A model generated the notes under the pieces. It searched no databases and was not told the origin of the DNA. It saw only the letters and a list, made by a program, of their open reading frames with translations. A stretch of DNA of 64,000 nt from Chiloscyllium plagiosum. Its lineage: Eukaryota. This document shows, in pieces, positions 14,050-26,290 of this stretch (positions are counted from its first letter, which is position 1; each line of letters starts with the position of its first letter). A program made the translations under genes and the position numbers. The stretch is taken from assembly GCF_004010195.1 (NCBI RefSeq), contig NC_057719.1, positions 70,390,181-70,454,180 of the forward strand. The letters are read 5' to 3'.

Positions 14050-15860
14050 TTTTAGGTGTTCTAGTGCATGAGTCAAAGAAAAGCAAGTAGGTACAGTACA
14101 TAATCAAGAAGCCTGATGACATGCTATCCTTTATTACTTTTTTATGGAGAAATTGAACATAAAATAAGGATGTGGAGGAGGTGCAGGTGTTGGACTAGTT
14201 TGGACAAGGTCAAAAATCACACGGCACCAGGTTATAGTCCAACGAGTTTATTTGAAAACACAAGCCTTCAGGATGCTGCTCCTTCATCAGGTGTTAGTGA
14301 GAGAGGAAGACCTTAGACACATTATTTATAAGGAAAAGATCAAAGGGTCATACAACTCATGCGAACGAATTGAGCACATATAAGATGACTGTTAAATCTT
14401 TTATCTGTTAGAATGGAGGTGCAGGTTTTGATTGATTAATATGCAAATCCCAGAATTTCTTTCTCACTGCCCTGAACCAACTTAAAGTGTTATCAATATT
14501 AAGGAGGTGACAATATAAAGGACGGCCTCAACCCAGATCTTGGGTTCACGTCGTACTATAGGTGACCCCACCACACTATACACTCTCACACACACACACA
14601 CTCACATGCAAGCACACATAAACATACTCCCTCACACAAACACATTCATGCAGACCCTGTCTCATACACACTCTCTCTCAGATACACACCCTCACATGCA
14701 CACTCTCTCAGATGCATATACTCCCTCGCAATTGCGCACACTCTCTCTTAAACACACATGCACACAGACTCTCTCAGATGCACAGACTCCCTCACACTTG
14801 CACACTCTGTCTCTCTCAAACATACACATATTCACTTCTGTGCAGTGAATTTGCATTTGTATTTGCAAATGCATTCTATTTTGTTCAAAAAGCACACAAT
14901 TTAATGTGGCATTTTATAAACTTCTACTTTGGAAATAAAAGATACAGACAGAATCCAAACAAGACCTCACGCCTAAATACATTGTCCGACCGGAGGTGTC
15001 ACCTCCTTTACATTGATAACACCTTAAATGATCTCGGGGTAGTGACTTGAAATAAATTCTTTCATTTGCATATTAATCAGTTGAAACCTGCACCTCCATT
15101 CTAACTGATTAAAGATTTAAGAGCCGTCTTATGTGTGTTCAATTCGCTCGCATGAGTTGCATGACCCTTTGATTTTTTTCCTTATAAATTCTGTGTCTAG
15201 GGTCTCCCACTAATACCTGACGAAGGAGCAGCATGCCAAAAGCTAGTGTTTTCAAATAAACCCATTGGACTATAACTGATAAAATAAGCATATCATGTTT
15301 TAGTTATAAGGACATTGATGAAATTATGTCTCAAATACTCTGTGCAATTTTGGTCTCCTTATTTAAGGAAGGATGTAAATGTTTTGAAGATGGTTCAAAG
15401 AAGGTTTACTGGATTAATACCTGGAATGAGCAGGTTGATTTATGAGGATAGTTTGGTCACAATGGAATTGTAAATTGGAGTGAGGTAAAATGAGGCGTGA
15501 CTTAATTAATGTAAAATCCTGAATAGGCTTGACAAGGTTCACATAGGAAGGATGTTTCCTCTTTTGTGAATTAGTCTTGAATTAGGGGCACTTCTAAAAA
15601 TTATGGGCTTCCTTTTAAGATAGAGATAAAGAGAATTATTTTCTCTCTCAGAGACATTGTGACATTGGAACTCTGTCACAGAAGGCAGTAAGAGGTGGTT
15701 TAGTGAATATTTTTAAGACAGAGGTAGGTAGAGTTTTGTAAAGAAAGAGAATTAAAGGTTACTGGGGACATGTGAGTATGTGGAATTTAAAACACACATG
15801 GACCAACCATGATCTCATTGAATAGTGTAGCACGGATGAGATTCCAAAAAAGCCTACTTC
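14050..15860 (+). mobile_element. Old CR1 3' fragment interrupted by a PLE
   Basis: Decayed VQFWSPYLRKDV..LKMVQRRFTGLIPGM at 15340-15430. Split by the insertion at 14169-15278. Confidence 0.7.
14169..15278. mobile_element. Fold-back PLE insertion (family C) with CA-rich 3' UTR
   Basis: 10-bp TSD ATAAAATAAG (14159-14168, 15279-15288). Inverted arms ~14231-14512 and ~14997-15277. Centre encodes the PLE-type C-terminus DGLNPDLGFTSYYR* (14521-14565), then CA/CT low-complexity sequence. Confidence 0.82.
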
Positions 15861-16101
15861 ATTTCCTAATTTACTTGCTTATGTGTTCATCTCAGGAAAC
15901 TAAAAGCTGCCAAGGAATTAAGATGCCTATTGTGAAATTTCCCTTCAATTGTTTTCATTACTTTCATTTTAGTTGACTTTTTCTTATCTCACAGAGCCTA
16001 GAACTGGTATTTTAAAAAAAATGCACATAAACTTAATGAGAGAATCAAGGATTTTTGCACTTGACCTTTCCAGTGCAATTTGCAACAGCTACTGATCAGT
16101 T

Positions 16102-16118
16102 TGACCTGACTTTGACCT
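16102..16118 (-). promoter_or_regulatory. Candidate DR5 nuclear-receptor element (RARE-type) AGGTCA-aagtc-AGGTCA
   Basis: Plus strand TGACCT GACTT TGACCT in unique DNA. Extra half-site at 16062-16067 and octamer ATGCAAAT at 16271-16278. Motif match only. Confidence 0.35.
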
Positions 16119-17247
16119 GACATAAATCAGCATCTATGAGCAGTTAAAACTGTGCTAAGAACACTTCTCCCTTTGCTTTGATCACTGGGAAGTAGCTGTT
16201 CTGGTGAAAATATCTAGATTACAGAGGATTCCCTTTAAAGGGATATTTTGCATTCAAACTAATCTGCAGGATGCAAATTCAGTGCAATTTCCCAGAGGCA
16301 ATTCTCCTCAATTTCTATAACAATCGTACAGAAAAAATTTACTTTGCTTCATACAGAATGCTACAAACTTTGTCAATTAATACAATTCTAATTTCTTGAA
16401 GTACAGCTATTTACTATAACAGCAAAATAAATGACCACATAGAGGCCACAAAGAGAAAGCTGCTTTACCACACCTCTTAAACCCTTCACAGTTAAATCAG
16501 ACAATTGTGAAAATCAGACTAATAATAAATAAAAGTAAAATATAAAGTCGTAATAGTCTCAGATGACCAAAGCGCTGCTCTCTCATTATAAAGATGACTG
16601 TGATAAGTTTAACTTGAGAGTCATCATACCTCAGGTGAGGAGTGAGGTTGAGAACTCAGTTTCCCTTAGTATAATTGTCATTTAAAAAAATCCCCACTCA
16701 GAGGGAAAATCAGAAAAACTTGCAAAGTATGTAAATTGGTTTGACGTGTTTCTTTTACATTAGAATATTCTCAAATACAACCAGTACCTGCATTTCCAAG
16801 TATTTCTGCTTTTTTACTGTTTTTATTTCCCTCTGGGCACTTAAAAGCATTTTAAGACATTGGCAATTTTAGGTACACTGTGAGCAGTTCACTTACTAAT
16901 GTACAATTTCCTATGATACATAATCATCTCAAAGTGGTTTCCCTTAATGCTGAAGGTGGTTGAAGAAATTGTGAACATGCAGTGATTGACATAGAGTTGA
17001 ACAAGAGCAGCTTTTGAGACTCATTTTGATTTTTCAATTAGCTTCTGATTAAGGATTTGACATTTTAAGGGGACAGTTGAAAGCTACATATACTGATTTT
17101 TGATTTGAGTAATTCTATATCGAGAGTTCATCTAATGACAGAAGTTAAAGCTACTTCTAAGTTCAAGTGAATGACGTGCAAGGCTTCTTAGCTTACTGTT
17201 CAGTTTTATTTGATGGTATAGGAAGCAAAAGTGAGGAACTACTCAAT

Positions 17248-17390
17248 ACTTAAAGGCATCTGAGTGGGTATATGAATAGGAAGGGTTTTGAGGGATATAG
17301 GCGAAATGCTGGCAAATGGGACTGGTCAGCATGGACGAGATGGACCAAAGGGTCTGTTTCTGTGCTGTATATCTCCATGACTCTATGACT
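17248..17390 (+). mobile_element. CR1 3' terminus
   Basis: GGACCAAAGGGTCTGTTTCTGTGCTGTATATCTCCATGACTCTATGACTC tail, as in 1-788. Confidence 0.85.
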
Positions 17391-17627
17391 CTTTCACTGG
17401 TGCATACAATCAGTGTTGCCAGTGTTTTCAATTAATTGGGTTCTTCGTGCAAAACCAATTTATGAAAGCTTCTAAAAGAGAGGAGCTGGTAAAAAGGCTA
17501 TGAGTTAATGTTTGAGATTTCATGCCCCAAAGATTATAGGCAATAAACAATTGTTAACTGTTTCTGACTGAGATCAGAAAAAGGTGATGTGGTACCTTGA
17601 GCCTCCTTCGTCAGTTAGCAAGGTCAT

Positions 17628-17825
17628 GGTCAGTTAGTTCAGCTGGTTGGATAGCTAGGTGGTGATGCAGAATGATCCCAACAGTATGAGTTCAATTCCT
17701 GCACTGGCTGAGGTTATCATGAAGGTTCAACCTTACCCCTTACTTGAGGTATGATGACCCTTAGGTTAAACTCACCACAGTTATCTCTCTATAATGGGTG
17801 GTCATCTGGGACCATGGGGACTTTA
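17628..17825 (+). mobile_element. Old tRNA-derived SINE (tRNA-Ile-like head); the 3' part of the same family is on the minus strand at ~16545-16655
   Basis: A-box-like GGTCAGTTAGTTCAGCTGGTTGG and B-box-like GAGTTCAATTCC...CACTGGC. The body is reverse-complementary to 16545-16655. Confidence 0.55.
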
Positions 17826-18556
17826 TCTTCCAGTTGAACCTCTAAATCAGTTCTACTTTCCTGATTTATTCTCATAAATCTTTAATATCTCAAAAAAACA
17901 TTAATTTCTGCTTTAAATTTAAGTCCATTAGACATAAGGACAGAATTTGATTATTTGGACCATTGAGAGTACGCTGCCATTTAATAAAATCATAATTTAT
18001 CTGATAATCAACTCATCTTTCTTATTGATCATGTGATTTCAGAATTCCTTCCTAATGTACAACAATGATGAGTCATTTTTTGGGTTATGCAGTGATCAAC
18101 AGCTCCTATGACAAGAAATTTCAGATGTTTATAGATAACTGGTGTGAGACTTGGATCTCTGGCTCTAGATTCACTAGCCAGGGGAAACAACCTCCTGACA
18201 TCAAACCTGTCAAACTGATGTTATACTTTCCAGTGAAGTGACTTCTGATTCTTCTGCAGTACAGAGATTATACACATTTGTAGGAAAGTCCTTTCAAGCA
18301 GAACAATCATTCCAGGTATAGTCTCACTAAAGACCTATGTAACTTCAACAAGAATACCTTACCCAAATTCCAACACACTTGCAAAAAAGGTCAACATAAC
18401 ATTTGTCTTCTGAGTGTCTTGCTGTATCTGTATACTAAATTTGTGATTCATGTTCAAGTACATCAAAATCTCTCTGAATATCAACATATGTCTATCTCCC
18501 TTCTTTTCCATTATTTCTAACCAATTAGATAATTTCAAATCCCTATGTTATATTAT

Positions 18557-18849
18557 GATTAGATTATTTACAGTGTAGAAACAGGCCCTTCGGCCCAACA
18601 AGTCCACACCGACCCGCCGGAGCGCAACCCACCGAGACCCATTCCCCTACGTTAATCTGCGGGCAATTTAGCATGGCCAATTCACCTAACCTGCACATTT
18701 TTGGACTGTGAGAGGAAACCGGAGCACCCGGAGGAAACCCACGCAGACACAGGGAGAATGTGGAAACTCCACACAGTCAGTCGCCTGAGGCGGGAATTGA
18801 ACCTGGGTCTCTGACGCTGTGAGGCAGCAGTGCTAACCACTGTGCCACC
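18557..18849 (-). mobile_element. HE1-type V-SINE
   Basis: Minus strand: A box GGTGGCACAGTGGTTAGC, B box GGTTCAATTCC, V-domain GTGTGGAGTTT...GGGTTTCCTCCGGGTGCTCCGGTTTCCTC, CR1-like tail GGGCCGAAGGGCCTGTTTC and (TAATC)n. Confidence 0.92.
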
Positions 18850-19206
18850 TGCCTTGTCACATAACTTGTCTATACCTCCTCATTTGACTGCAATAGTTTT
18901 GATTATAAATTGAAATGTGTTCATTTCAGTGCATGTTTCATTATTTATTTAGACAGGTTTGCGTTAGTCTTTTGAAAATACAAGGGAACAGTAGTACTTT
19001 TACTCAACCTGCTTTAACTTAAAAAAAAAACATGCTCCAACACTCCCAGAGACACACAGGCAAAGTTCACAGACATATATCAAAAACTTACAGCATTGGA
19101 GGACAGTTTCAATGTTTCAAAGTACAATAAACTTTGAAGTCGGTTGATGACTTGAGTGGATGCAGGATGAGTTCTGATTTTGGCTTTGAGGTGTTTAAAG
19201 ATGTAG

Positions 19207-19338
19207 CCATGACGTGAAGGTGCCAGTGTTGGACTGGCGTGGACAAAGTTAAAAGTCACACAATACCGGGTTACAGTCCAACAGGTTTATTTGGAATATA
19301 CCTGTTGGACTATACCCTGGTGTAGTGTTATTTTTAAC
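19207..19338. mobile_element. Short fold-back PLE terminal insertion (family C)
   Basis: 13-bp TSD TTTAAAGATGTAG (19194-19206, 19339-19351). Inverted arms AGTCCAACAGGT / ACCTGTTGGACT. Confidence 0.85.
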
Positions 19339-21794
19339 TTTAAAGATGTAGACAGATGAGTTCTTCTAAAGACATTGGCAAAAAAAAGTTAACTTATTTA
19401 ACATCTCTCTCTGTGGCACATAGATAGTCATATAACAGAGTTCAAGCTGTCAAGCTTGCAAAATCGGTGGAAAGAGAAGATGAGAGCCAGGGCCTCACAA
19501 GAGATTTGACACTTTGGTACTTTTACTTCACTAGAGTAGAGTAGTGTAGGTTTTATTTGTCATTTCTACCATATACAACTGATATAGTAAAAATGAAACA
19601 GTATTCCTCCAGGACCAAGGAACTACATGAACAACACAAACTACTCGATCTTACATAAGGCGGCTTTTGTCTATGCTCAGGAGAAAATGGTTTCTTAAAA
19701 AGGAGTTAGCTAGTTTGTCACATGATTTTCTCTCTCCCAACTGACCAGTGACCTAATATGGTCATGGCTAATGTGTCCCAAGTGAATGATTTTGACTTGC
19801 CAAGATTATGAGGCGGATTTCTTTCTCAGTCACACACACCATTGGGTGAGGTGATTGTATCTAATGAATAACTCCATCCAGAGTCATTGTCGTTTTCTTT
19901 GTGTATGAATTGGGAAATTATTAATGTCACTTTCCCTTAGGATAATTGCTTCTGTTTGTTTTTTTTCTGAATGGTTTGGCTCCAGTTAACCATTTGGAAT
20001 TTATCCTGTACTGTGATGCAAATATTCCTTCATCTTAGAAGCTGTGGTTTCAAATCACTTGAATTCAGATTTTTCTTATTTCAAATTGTGGTTTAAATGA
20101 AATAATTCATTGCTCATGGCTTCATAACACAATGAAAATTTTACATCTATTGTCAACGGAAGTTTCTGAGTCTAGAGAAATACTCAGCAGGTGTAATCTT
20201 TCCTTTTGAGTTGTGACCACAGGGTGATTAAATCAGTGACAGAGAGAGTTAATCAGGATTTCTAAAGAAAATTGGCATGCTTTGGCCAGACTTTAAATGA
20301 CAGCATTTGGAAGGATAATTAGTTATCCTAGTGATGTGGGGAAACATAGTGTATTAATTATATAGAGATAATTCATACTGTTTGAACTCAGTAAATCTGC
20401 ATATAAATATTGTTTTGTGTATTCATTTGTGAAGTAAAATAATAAGTCATGCCTAACAATTGTGGCTTTCAAAAATTGGGAAGTTTGGAGGTACACAAAT
20501 ATCCATTCAGGTCAGACTAGAATATTGGACTATGTTGTTTAAACTTATATATCGGGAAGGATGGACACATCTCTAAATGTATGGTGTTCAGAATGCATAT
20601 GAGGCTGACAAAGACCACTGTACCTGAGCCAATCCTAAATTCATAACACAAGTAAAAGCTCATCTCACTATCATTAAAGATGGTTGTATATATTGGACAT
20701 TTAGGACAATACTGGGGAATCATAGCAGGGCAAAAGATTGCTCATTTGTTGCTTCTCCCATTCTAGTTTCAACCTACATTCAAATGGTGGAATAACTCTG
20801 TAAGGCATCATATGATGATGTGTCACTTCACTGGACAGTAAATAGTTGAGCTCATTGATGTTAATATAATTCTGGAAATTCAATCCTTCCATCTTAGTTT
20901 TAAGTTGCAATGTAACAATTACAATCGCCATTTCCTTGTTTTTAATTTCTCTGGAAGTTTATGTTTAAGGATTTTCCTGTGGCTCTCAGATCGTATTGTT
21001 CTTACATAGCCTTTCACATATGTCCCAGTATTTCACACTGAGCATCTCTTGATCTGGTTCCCAACTAATCTTCTTCATGACATCCAAGATCACCGTCAAA
21101 CCTTTCCAACCCTCACAGATTTTCAGATCTACACCTCCAATCTTTTCCCAGATCTCCCACGTTTCCAAAAATTTGCTTTGATACTTTTCGCGGTTCACAA
21201 ACTCTTTTTGGTTTCTTTGCCAGCTTCACTTTCCAATTGGCATGAAAGAGATAAGGGGTGGGTTTACATTCAATGTATCTAAGTCTACAGAGTATCATGG
21301 ACAAGACTGAGGAACTGGAAGTAGAAATTGCTATAAGGGGATATGACATAGTAAGATTGACAGAAATGTGGCTCAAGTCAGCACAGGGATGGGTACTTAG
21401 CAACTTGGGTATAAGGCACTTGGTAGAAACAGGGTGGATATAAAGGAAGGAGATACAGGAATTATGGTCAAAGGTAATATCATAGCCCTTGAACGAGTTA
21501 CAGTTCCTGAATTAGAATTTATATATCTGATGTGAGAAACAGGAAGGGAGAAGTAACCTTGTTAGTTATTGATTATAGACCTGCAAACAGTAGGGAGCAA
21601 TAGAAGAGAGTATTTATATACAGATTATGGAAATCAGCAGGACATGTAAGGTTGTGGTAACTGGTAATTTCATTTACCTAGGGTAATGTTTAGGGCATGG
21701 AAGGGGGAGAAATTCCTGCAATGCGTGCAGGAGAACTTTCTGAAACAATGCATTTCCAGTGTGACCAAGGAGTGTGCTATCCTGAATGTGGGGC

Positions 21795-21978
21795 GAGAGT
21801 GTAGTGCTGGAAAAGCACAGCAGGCCAGCCAGCATCTGAGGAATCAGAAGGGCATTCCTGATGAAGAGCTTTTGCCCAAAACATCAATTCTCCTGCTCCT
21901 TGGATGCTGCCTGACCTGCTGTGCTTTTCCAGCATCACACTCTCAACTCTGATCTCCAGCATCGGCGGTCCCCATTTT
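21795..21978. mobile_element. Fold-back PLE terminal insertion
   Basis: GAGAGTGTAGTGCTGGAAAAGCACAGCAGG...CCTGCTGTGCTTTTCCAGCATCACACTCTC plus tail. Degenerate hammerhead CTGATGAAGAGCTTTTGCCCAAAACATC. Confidence 0.8.
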
Positions 21979-22040
21979 TGCCCTGTCCTGGATGTGAACC
22001 TCGGCGGTCCCCATTTTTGCCCTGTCCTGGATGTGAACCT
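21962..22040. repeat. 39-bp perfect tandem duplication across the PLE tail/target junction
   Basis: TCGGCGGTCCCCATTTTTGCCCTGTCCTGGATGTGAACC at 21962-22000 and 22001-22039. Confidence 0.95.
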
Positions 22041-22471
22041 GGGGATTGAGGCAGGCCAAGTGGAGAATGTCAGTGAAGGGAGCATTTGGGACAAAGCAAT
22101 CATAACACCATAAAGTTCAGTGTTAAGTTGGAAATGGATAAAAAATAGTCAATAATAAAAATGTCAAACTGGGGTCTAAAAGTTGAACTGGAATAGGTTG
22201 ATTGGAACCACATTCTGATGAATTAAAAAAGGATGGGAGAATTTTAAAAGAGAGATGAATAGGGTACATAACTGTGAAAAAAATACAGGGTGTCTAAAAC
22301 TCGAGTACCCTTGATGACTAAGGATATTGATGAGAAAATAAGGGATGAAAATGAGGCATGTGATGCAGCCCAGAATAATAGTAGCAGTTTAAACCAGGAA
22401 AAGTATCTCAAATGTAGAAAAGAAGCTAAGGCTGAAATAAGGAAAGCTGAGAGGAAGCATGAGTAAAGGAG

Positions 22472-22598
22472 GAGAAAGTGAGGACTGCAGATGCTGGAGA
22501 TCAGAGCTGAAAATGTGTTGCTGGAAAAGCGCAGCAGGTCAGGCAGCATCCAGGGAACAGGAGAATCGACGTTTCAGGCATAAGCCCTTCTTCATTCC
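22472..22598 (-). mobile_element. PLE terminal insertion (family A)
   Basis: 12-bp TSD TGAGTAAAGGAG (22460-22471, 22599-22610). Truncated within the hammerhead core. Confidence 0.9.
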
Positions 22599-23369
22599 TG
22601 AGTAAAGGAGAGCAGGCTGTGCTGAAACAAATAATAAAATTCTTCAATCATTTTAGAAAGAGATTAGTGAAGGATAAAGTAGGGGCCAAAAGGAACAAAC
22701 AGGGTAAGCTACTCATTATACAAAGAGTATGGCAGATATACTAAATAAGTCCTTTGTTTCTGTCTTTATCAAATTAAAAAATGGTGACAACTACCTAGTT
22801 GAAAATGTGGGTGTTGAGTGACGAAGAAATATAGTTACTGATAAAGAAAGGATGTTAACAAGGCTGGAACTACTCCAGATAGAGAAGACACCATGCCCAG
22901 ATGGGAAGCATCCCAGGCTGTGAGAGAGCTAAGGGATCAAATAATGGAGCAATTGACAGAAATTTTTCAGGCTTCTCTGAACACAGGACTAGTCTTAGGG
23001 GACTGGAATATTGCAAAACTGACAAATATGAAAGGGACAAAGGATAATCCAGGAAACAACGAACTCGTAAACATGTCATCAATAATGGAAAACCTGATGG
23101 AGGCCATAATACACGAAAAGTTAAATATATGCTTAGATAAAAAATAAGTTAATACCAAACCGTCAACATGGCTTTTTCAAGGGAAGATCGTGGCTGACAA
23201 ATCTGCTTGGGTTCTTTGAGAGGTGAAATGGACAGTAGATGAGGATAATGCTCTGGGTGTTGTATTTTTAGACTTCAGAAAACATTTGGTGTGGTGCTAC
23301 ATGGCAGATTGGTTATCAAATTAGAAATGTTTGGGATTAATGGACCCTTGTCAGCATGGATTAGATGTT

Positions 23370-23588
23370 AAAAATGTGTTGCTGGAAAAGCGCAGCAGGT
23401 CAGGCAGCATCAAAGGAACAGGAGAATCGACGTTTCGGGCATAAGCCCTGTCCATTTCCCCTGATGAAGGGCTAATGCCCGAAACATCGATTCTCCTGCT
23501 CCTTTGATGCTGCCTGACCTGCTGCGCTTTTCCAGCAACACATTTTTAAGCTCTGATCTCCAGCATCTGCAGTCCTCACTTTCTCCTA
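23370..23588. mobile_element. Fold-back PLE terminal insertion (family A)
   Basis: 14-bp TSD ATGGATTAGATGTT (23356-23369, 23589-23602). Inverted arms plus ~38-nt tail. Hammerhead core at 23461-23488. Confidence 0.92.
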
Positions 23589-23810
23589 ATGGATTAGATG
23601 TTGGCTAACAGATAGGAAACAGAGCATAGTTAGAGGTAGGAGTCAAATTGAAGGTAGTGTTCCCCAGTTATTGGTATTGGGACTCTTGCTTTTTCTGAGT
23701 TATGTAAATGATTTGGAGTTGGGTGGTGAGGGAAACATTTTTAAATTTGTAGTTGGTACTATGCTAGGGAGAATAGTGAATTGTGAAGATGATGCGAAGT
23801 AACTTCAGAG

Positions 23811-23957
23811 GTAAAAATCACACAACACCAGGTTATAGTCCAACAATTTATTTGGAAGTACAAGCTTTCAGAGTGTTGCTCCTTAGTCAGGTGGCTAGCT
23901 GGTGTTGGGTGAATTTTAACCTTGTCCACCCCAGTCAAACACCAGCACCTCCACTTT
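23811..23957. mobile_element. Fold-back PLE terminal insertion (family C)
   Basis: TSD TAACT(T/A)CAGA (23800-23809, 23958-23967). Arms AAAATCACACAACACCAG / CTGGTGTTGGGTGAATTTT. Confidence 0.8.
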
Positions 23958-24919
23958 TAACTACAGAAGGACATTGACAAGTTGGCCAAATGAGAAGATA
24001 CATGGCAGATAAAATTCAATGCAGAGAAATGTGAAGTAATGCATTTCAGTAGAAGAAACACAGAGAAACAATACATGGTCCATGGTACAACTTTGAGGGG
24101 AGTACAGGAACAGAGCAATCTTGGGGTTCACGTACATAATTCATTAAAGGTGGCCAGGCAAGTTGAAACAGTTGTTAAGAAGGCTTACAGGATTCTGGCT
24201 TTATAGATAGAGGCATTTAGCATAAAATCAATGAAGTGATGTTACACCTCTACAAATCGTTGGTCAGATCGTATATGGAGTGTTCAGTTCTGGGCATCTT
24301 GTTTAAGGAAGCATGTTAAAATCCTGGAGAGAATACAGGGGAGACTTACTAGAATAATACCAGGAATGAAGGATTTTAGAAATAAAGAAAGATTAGAGAA
24401 ATTGAGCTTATTGTCCTTGAAGCAGAGAAGATTAAGGGTGACATTATTGAGGTGTTCAAAATTATGAACAATTTTGACAGGGTAAAGAGGGATATTTTGT
24501 TTCCACTAATTGGTATATCAGTAACTAGGAGACACAAATTTAAGATTGTCAGTAAGAGAGCTAAGAGCGAGATGCGGAGAAACATCTTTACTCAGAGAGT
24601 TGTTAGGATTTAGAGAGGGGTGGAGATGGATTCCATAAAAGGTTTCAAAAGAGTGATGGATATATTTTTGATTGTGATGAATTTAAGATAGGCCTGGAAA
24701 GTGGGATGAGCTGAATATCTCTTTCAGGAGCCATGACAGAGACAATGAGATGAAATGGCCTCCTTCTGTACTGAAAAATTCTATTCCTCTGGTCCTGGAT
24801 TTTCTCTCATCTGCCTCAGTCCTGAGCTCTACCCTGATCTCCTCAAACACCCAATTTCCTACTCACTATCTATCCAGACCAAAGTCTTCAGGAGTAAAGG
24901 ACTTCACTGATTGGAATCA

Positions 24920-26290
24920 TACCAAGCAGAAAGGAAGAAGGTGTGGTTGTTGGAGGCTAATTATTGCAGCCTGAGTGCATCACTGCAGGATTTTCTCGGA
25001 ATCAATATGTTTAATCCACCTGTTCTGACATGTTCCAACATGCTCCAGAAGCAGGTGTGACTTGCACCAAGGCCTTACAGAGTTTCTCAGAATACTTTTC
25101 CAGGCTCAACTATCTTCAGCTGCTTCATCATTTCTTTATTCATTAAGTTGTGGGATGTGGGCCTCGCCAACATTTATTGCCTGTCCCTAGTTGCCCTTGT
25201 GAAGGTGGTGGTGTGCAGCCTTCTTGAACCTAGCAGTTCACCTGTTGTGGGTTGACCCACAATGCTATTAGGCAGATAATTCCAGGATTTTGATCCAGCA
25301 ACAGTGAAGGAACGGCAATATATTTCCAAGTCTCGATGGTGAATGGCTTGGAAGGGAACTTGCAGGTGGTGGTGTTCCCATGTATCTGCTGCACTTGTCC
25401 TTCCAAATGGAAGTGGCCATGGGTTTGGAAGGTGCTGCTTGAGGATCTTCAGTGAATTTTGCAGTGCATCCTGTAGATAGCATTTAGTGCTGCAACTGAG
25501 TGTCAGAAGAAATCAAAAGTGATGTGATCGCTGATGATTGCACAATGTTCAACACCATTCACAACTCCTCATATAGTGAAGCAATCAATGTCTACATGCT
25601 GTATGACTGGATAACACTCAATTTTATGTTGATAATGGCAATAACACTTAGGTCATACAAATGCCAAGCAATGTCAATTTCCAACAATAGAAAATCTAAC
25701 CAGCATCCCTTAAAATTCAAAGGCATTACCATTGCAGAATGCCCTAGCGCAAATGTCCTGGGCGTTACCTTACCAGAAATTGAAATGGAGTAGCCACATA
25801 AATACTATAGGTACAAGAGAAAGTCTGGGTCTGGGATTTCTAGCTCATCACCTGCTACTTCTAAAGCCCAAGTCAGGAGTGAGATAGAATACTGTCCATG
25901 TGTCTAGATTTCCCAACACTCAGAAAACTCAACACCAACTGGACAAAGAAGCCTATTGAACACCTTCTACTCTCCCCACAATAGACACGTAGTGACAGAC
26001 ATAAGTTACATCAACAAGGTGCAACTCATCCAGGCTCCTCAGCCAGAACCTTCCAAACACATGGTCTCTACCATCTAGAAAGACAAGGGCAGCAGGTCCA
26101 TGGGAACATCACCACCTGTGAGCTCCCCTCCAAGCTACACACCAATCTGAAGTGGAACAAAGTTACCATATGTTCACTGTTGCTGGATCAAACTGTCTTC
26201 AAAATATTACTGTGGGTATGTCACATGGACTTCAGCATTTTAAGAAAATAGTAGGCATAGCCCGCACCACCTAGTCCCTATAAAAGATTA
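24920..26290. mobile_element. Cluster of old CR1/L2-group LINE 3' fragments: + strand RT remnant with a nested minus-strand 3' end at ~25135-25500
   Basis: IADDCTMFNTI (RT FADD-like motif) at ~25527, and KCQAMSISN. 25135-25500 is antisense to 26040-26250 and similar to 56490-56780. Confidence 0.6.

Larger units (their letters stand above)
21250..24785 (+). mobile_element. Near-complete decayed CR1 ORF2 (APE endonuclease and RT) carrying four PLE insertions
   Basis: MYLSLQSIMDKTEELEVEIAIRGYDIVRLTEMWLK (EN N-terminus), YRP, GNF, FLQCVQENFLKQ, QHGF, DFRK, and KQRRLRVTLLR/GDIIEVFKIM region. Confidence 0.85.

Noticed and set aside
14540..15050. His/Thr-rich ORFs (102-112 aa)
   Set aside because: Translation of CA/CT low-complexity sequence in a PLE 3' UTR.
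18775..18849. tRNA gene
   Set aside because: It is the tRNA-derived head of a V-SINE, with no complete cloverleaf. The same applies to 17628-17710 and 39700-39820.
20986..21245. Possible L1/Tx1 C-terminal remnant (KFLETWEIW) on the minus strand
   Set aside because: Only a short motif resemblance; insufficient without a profile search.
21686..22549. Recurring small ORFs MLPDLL(C/R)FSS... and ...LLLLGCCLTCCAFPA
   Set aside because: Chance reading frames of the PLE terminal repeat; not a gene family.
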